Shown: piece after piece, positions 60,194 through 64,000 of the stretch | Position numbering within the stretch: the stretch's first letter is position 1 | How the letters are laid out: the number at the start of each line of letters is the position of its first letter | Assembly: GCA_003210895.1 (NCBI GenBank) | Contig: QCUB01000001.1 | Span: 14,163-78,162 of the forward strand | DNA: 64,000 nucleotides | Direction of reading: 5' to 3' | Source: Prochlorococcus sp. AG-676-M04 | Lineage (GTDB): Bacteria > Cyanobacteriota > Cyanobacteriia > PCC-6307 > Cyanobiaceae | Program-made: the position numbers and the translations under genes | Notes under the pieces: generated by a model | Databases searched by the model: none | Seen by the model: the letters and a program-made list of their open reading frames with translations, nothing else | Told to the model about the DNA's origin: nothing

Positions 60194-60691
60194 ATGTCCA
60201 AGAATTGGTCTTACATTAGAGATGAATGGCTTAAGAGCACAACTATTGCGGAGGACGACGCAAAGTGGGCGTTAGATGCCTTGATTAATACAGAAGAAGA
60301 TTTATTTGAAATAGAGAGAAAATTAAAAAATAATCAAGATGCATTAGGACAAGTTAGAAGTTTAAAGAAAAAAGTTAAAAAAACTATATCCTCAAAAGAA
60401 GTAAGCCTAGATGATATTGCTTTAAATACTTCTAATTCAAACAAAGTTCAAATTTCGGTACCATCAAATCTCAATTATCTTTTAAAGGTCTGGGCTGCTG
60501 CAGAAGGCCGCGATCTATCAAGTGTTGCCTTTCAGTGTTTAGAAACAGGCCTTAGAGAAATGAAGAGCAAAGGTTCGATTCCATCGATAGCAATAAATCG
60601 ATATGATTCTGCTTGTCAGAAAAGAATTGCCTTAGCAGAAGTGAATAATTTATTAGAAAAATATGAAATTGCTCAAAACGAAAAAAAATAA
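60194..60691 (+). CDS. protein with C-terminal ribbon-helix-helix (CopG-like) domain
   Basis: KVQISVPSNLNYLLKVWAAAEGRDLSSVAFQCLETGL. Confidence 0.7.
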   Translation: MSKNWSYIRDEWLKSTTIAEDDAKWALDALINTEEDLFEIERKLKNNQDALGQVRSLKKKVKKTISSKEVSLDDIALNTSNSNKVQISVPSNLNYLLKVWAAAEGRDLSSVAFQCLETGLREMKSKGSIPSIAINRYDSACQKRIALAEVNNLLEKYEIAQNEKK

Positions 60692-61079
60692 AATGTTATT
60701 AAAAAAATTAAAAAAAGATTATCGCAAATTTATTTCATCATCTTTAAATTTAGCTCCTCAAAAATCTAAGTTTGGAATAGTTTATACTCTTTATTCTGAT
60801 AGGAATAATTCAATAGAAGTAGGCTTTGCTGAAAATGATACAATCCTAAAAAATAAGGTTTTGCGGAGTGATTTGATCTTATTAGATAAAAAGAGAGGTA
60901 AAGAGCAAGACCTTAATTTATTAATAAAAACTTTAAATGAATTGGATATTAATTTTTCTAGTAAATTAAATTTCAGATACTCAAATATATTAATAAAACA
61001 TTTATCTACTTTAGGTTGGCCGGTGGGGCGATCACTTTATAAACAGAGAACAATCAAAAAAGAACTTTCATTTGCTTAA
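60663..61079 (+). CDS. hypothetical protein, GIY-YIG/T5orf172-like motif
   Basis: GIVYTLY...IEVGFAEN; probable start at MLLKK (60693). Confidence 0.55.
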   Translation: MKLLKTKKNKMLLKKLKKDYRKFISSSLNLAPQKSKFGIVYTLYSDRNNSIEVGFAENDTILKNKVLRSDLILLDKKRGKEQDLNLLIKTLNELDINFSSKLNFRYSNILIKHLSTLGWPVGRSLYKQRTIKKELSFA

Positions 61080-61081
61080 AT

Positions 61082-61555
61082 TTAAATATAATCGCATTCC
61101 AAAGTTTTCCTAGTTTCTCTATTAGTAAAAGGATTAGTTCCAGAGGCCTCTTTACAAAATTCCCTCACAACATCCCTTGGCAAGTAGACATTTGTGAAAT
61201 CTGCTCCTTGAATTTTTACATTTTCAAATTGAGTACTATAAGCAAAAGAATCCTCTAAATTGGTATTTGTTAAATCAGTTCCATCCAACACGGCTGAATC
61301 AAGGGTAACTTCTCTTAAATTAGAATTACTTAAATTAGTATCCTTTAATTTTGCTCCATATAAGCTTGCATTTTGAAGATCACAATCTGACAAATTTGCA
61401 TCCTGTAAATCGGTCAAATAGAAAGTTGCACCTTGTAAATCAGATCCCGAAAAATCAGTTCCTAATAATGATTGTTTGCCGTAATCTAATGCTGCGAAAG
61501 AACTCGATGGAAAGATTAAAGTAATAGAACAAATAATCAATATAATAACTCTCAT
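61082..61555 (-). CDS. pentapeptide repeat protein
   Basis: Signal peptide and A(D/N)LXX repeats. Confidence 0.92.
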   Translation of the reverse strand: MRVIILIICSITLIFPSSSFAALDYGKQSLLGTDFSGSDLQGATFYLTDLQDANLSDCDLQNASLYGAKLKDTNLSNSNLREVTLDSAVLDGTDLTNTNLEDSFAYSTQFENVKIQGADFTNVYLPRDVVREFCKEASGTNPFTNRETRKTLECDYI

Positions 61556-61663
61556 TTAAATCTAAAAATATTTAAATAAATTCTAACTTCTTAAGTTGAA
61601 AACAAGAAATATATTTTTAACTGAATGCTATATTTGTTGATATGAAAAATATAAAAGTAGATT

Positions 61664-63316
61664 TTGGATATAAATCCTTTTGATGCAATCGTAGTAGGTT
61701 CAGGCGCAACAGGTGGAGTAGCTGCACTTACTTTAGCCGAACAAGGAATAAGAGTTCTAGTAATAGAAGCAGGTCCTCAAATTAAAAGAAGTGAGGCTAG
61801 TAGTCATGAGCCGAAAGATACCTTAAAAAGATTATCTGGAATAATCTCAAAGAAACACGCTAATCAAAGTCAACATCCTGGTTATTGGAAAAACAACCCT
61901 GACTTATATTCAAATGAATTAAATCATCCTTATAGCCAATCAAAAGACAAGCCATTCCTTTGGACTCAAGGAAAGCAATTTGGGGGTAGATCATTAACCT
62001 GGGGAGGTATTACATTGAGATTGTCACCAGATGATTTTAATCCATCAAAAAAAGATGGATACGGACCAGATTGGCCTATCTCCTACGATGAATTATCACC
62101 TCATTATGATTTTATTGAGAAATTTTGTGGAATTTATGGACAGAAAGATAACATTAAAGAAGTTCCAAATGGTGAATATATTGGTAAAATACCACTCACA
62201 ATTAACGAAAGTATTTTTGGGAATCAAGTTAAATCAAAATTAAACTACCCATTTATTCAATCTAGAGGATTTGACCGTAATTCCTCAGTAAAAGAAGACC
62301 AATGGCCGAGATCTTCGAGTGTCGGGACCACCTTTAAAAAAGCATTAAGCACCGGAAATGTTCAAATACTTTCCAATCACCTAGTAGAATCATTCGAAAT
62401 AGAAAAAAAAACTGAGCTCGCTTCAAAAATAATCATTGTAAATCTAGAAAATGGTCAAAGAATATCATTAAATTGCGATTTAATTATCCTATGTGCATCC
62501 ACAATATCAACACTCAGGATTCTACTTAACTCGGAAATCAAATCAAATTCTTCAGGTTTTAAAGATACCTCCGGTAAGCTAGGAAAATATTTGATGGATC
62601 ATATTTCTATCTGTAGATTTTTTTCAGTTCCTAATACAATTCAGACAAAAGATAAATCTCCTTCTAATTCTAATTCTTATCCTGCACTCTCGGGCGCGGG
62701 GAGCTTTTTCATACCCTTCGGGTCAAACTTACCTAAACCTGAAAGCATTAATTTTTTAAGAGGATATGGAATTTGGGGTGCAATTGATAGGCTGGGAATC
62801 CCTAAGTTTTTACAAAAAGATTTGAATTATTCTTCAGGTTTTCTAATCGCCCACGGTGAGGTCCTACCAAGAGAGGAAAATTCAGTATCTCTTTCTAAGA
62901 GAACGGATAGCTGGGGGATTCCAATCCCTCATATTGAATTCGAATGGAGTGAAAACGAATTAAATATGGCTAAACATATGGAAAGTACGATAAAAGATTC
63001 CATAGAAGCTGCGGATGGAAAAATTAGAAGAATTGATGAGCTCATAAAAATCCCATATGTAGGATTAATTACAGAAAAATCTATTTCACTTTCAGGAAAC
63101 CCTCCACCACCGGGATATTATATTCATGAAGTAGGAGGAGCAGCTATGGGATTTAGTGAGGAAGAAAGTGTCGTCAATAAATCAAATCAATTATGGAGGT
63201 GTAAAAATGTCCTTATAATAGATGGTGCATGTTGGCCAACTTCTTCATGGCAAAGTCCTACCTTAACGATGATGGCTATAAGCAGAAGAGCTTGTTTAAA
63301 TATTAAAAAGACTTAG
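61664..63316 (+). CDS. GMC-family oxidoreductase
   Basis: VVGSGATGG, GGRSLTWGG, YLMDH, HEVGGA, PTLTMMA. Confidence 0.92.
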   Translation: MDINPFDAIVVGSGATGGVAALTLAEQGIRVLVIEAGPQIKRSEASSHEPKDTLKRLSGIISKKHANQSQHPGYWKNNPDLYSNELNHPYSQSKDKPFLWTQGKQFGGRSLTWGGITLRLSPDDFNPSKKDGYGPDWPISYDELSPHYDFIEKFCGIYGQKDNIKEVPNGEYIGKIPLTINESIFGNQVKSKLNYPFIQSRGFDRNSSVKEDQWPRSSSVGTTFKKALSTGNVQILSNHLVESFEIEKKTELASKIIIVNLENGQRISLNCDLIILCASTISTLRILLNSEIKSNSSGFKDTSGKLGKYLMDHISICRFFSVPNTIQTKDKSPSNSNSYPALSGAGSFFIPFGSNLPKPESINFLRGYGIWGAIDRLGIPKFLQKDLNYSSGFLIAHGEVLPREENSVSLSKRTDSWGIPIPHIEFEWSENELNMAKHMESTIKDSIEAADGKIRRIDELIKIPYVGLITEKSISLSGNPPPPGYYIHEVGGAAMGFSEEESVVNKSNQLWRCKNVLIIDGACWPTSSWQSPTLTMMAISRRACLNIKKT

Positions 63317-63584
63317 AAGGTGTAAAAAGTTGATTTATATAAATCTCTGAAACTGAACTATCTGTACATCCATTTTGGACAAGAAAAGTAGCTAAGGCAG
63401 AATTTATAAGCTTGTATTGATCCCATGTAGGATTATGTAAAACAAAATCTTTCATAGTTTCATAAAGACTTTCTGAAAGCTCAGTTTCTAAAGAGACTTT
63501 TGATGGAAATGATTTATCAAATTTAACTTCAATGTTATTTTCTTGATTTATTTGATTCATAAAACAAACTTCGTGTACAAACAT
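63303..63584 (-). CDS. DUF2811-family protein
   Basis: SLETELSE.LY..MKDFV..NPTWDQY.LI.SALATFLVQNG. Confidence 0.8.
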   Translation of the reverse strand: MFVHEVCFMNQINQENNIEVKFDKSFPSKVSLETELSESLYETMKDFVLHNPTWDQYKLINSALATFLVQNGCTDSSVSEIYINQLFTPSKSF

Positions 63585-63779
63585 AATTGTCTATTTTTTT
63601 AAAAAAGTCAAAATTATATTTTAATCAGTTCTTTTCCTTTATCAAATGAGACTCATGTTATAAAGCTGATTTAACAAAAAAGAATTCCCAAAGAATTAAA
63701 TTGAAAGAAGCTTTAAGAAAAGTCAATAATAATGTTGAAGTGCTGTTATTTTCGAGATGAGGCTTTATACCTAATTCGA

Positions 63780-63821
63780 TGTGGATATGGACGTGGAAAA
63801 CTTATTATTAACTGTGGAAAA
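63780..63821 (-). promoter_or_regulatory. three DnaA-box-like 9-mers
   Basis: TGTGGATAT 63780, CGTGGAAAA 63792, TGTGGAAAA 63813. Confidence 0.5.
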
Positions 63822-63919
63822 TTTAACCCAAAATACATTTCTGAATATCTATTAGTAATACTTATATATGACTTATACGATTAGTCTATTGAGACCAAAT
63901 TAAGAAAGAGACGGTTGAT

Positions 63920-64000
63920 TCAGTCTTTTTCAACTGAATTTCTTAAGATTTGATCATCACTAAGCAAGCGAAGCGTAACAGGTCCCAGGGGATGTTTTGA
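63920..64000 (-). CDS. 3' end of a gene starting beyond the window
   Basis: Open frame SKHPLGPVTLRLLSDDQILRNSVEKD*. Confidence 0.55.
   Translation of the reverse strand, partial: SKHPLGPVTLRLLSDDQILRNSVEKD

Noticed and set aside
1-64000. CRISPR array, rRNA, intact integrase or transposase
   Set aside because: No regularly spaced repeats, rRNA sequence or recombinase motifs seen

Overview
AT-rich (about 30% GC by eye) chromosomal segment that, from gene content and order, is almost certainly a high-light-adapted Prochlorococcus. 0.4-8.4 kb: DUF2130 protein and the four-gene MBL-nuclease / ATP-dependent ligase / Lhr-like helicase / PdeM repair cluster. 9.6-14.5 kb: a minimal pstS-pstCAB locus with no phoBR/phoA/phoE block, next to a frameshifted K+ channel gene. 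About 14.7-28.9 kb: a genomic island of short genes, including 2 hli genes, many unannotated 28-55 aa peptides, a phage-like MarR regulator, a glutamine riboswitch-DUF4278 unit, a LexA-boxed DUF1651 gene, a phage-like second pyrE and a clpS fragment. The island ends at the 3' end of the 6S RNA gene behind purK. 29-53 kb: core genes (purK, aroB, nadA, ctpA, ispG, udg, aspC, phnDCE, rsmE, hslO, prfC, nrdJ). 53-64 kb: a Yfr6-type riboswitch, tRNA-Ser(UGA) with a small variable region, a Yfr2-family sRNA, gloA, an RHH / GIY-YIG-like pair and a GMC oxidoreductase. Best leads: (1) tandem GGTCCTGCA repeats resembling integrase arm sites that bracket a 3.8-kb phage-flavoured cargo block at the 6S RNA 3' end; (2) a candidate NtcA/LexA-boxed sRNA whose loop is complementary to the glutamine-riboswitch pseudoknot strand; (3) two similarly spaced triple DnaA-box clusters; (4) paralogous micro-protein families. 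Four single-base homopolymer frameshifts may be sequencing errors. All annotation was done by eye and from recall; no searches were run.
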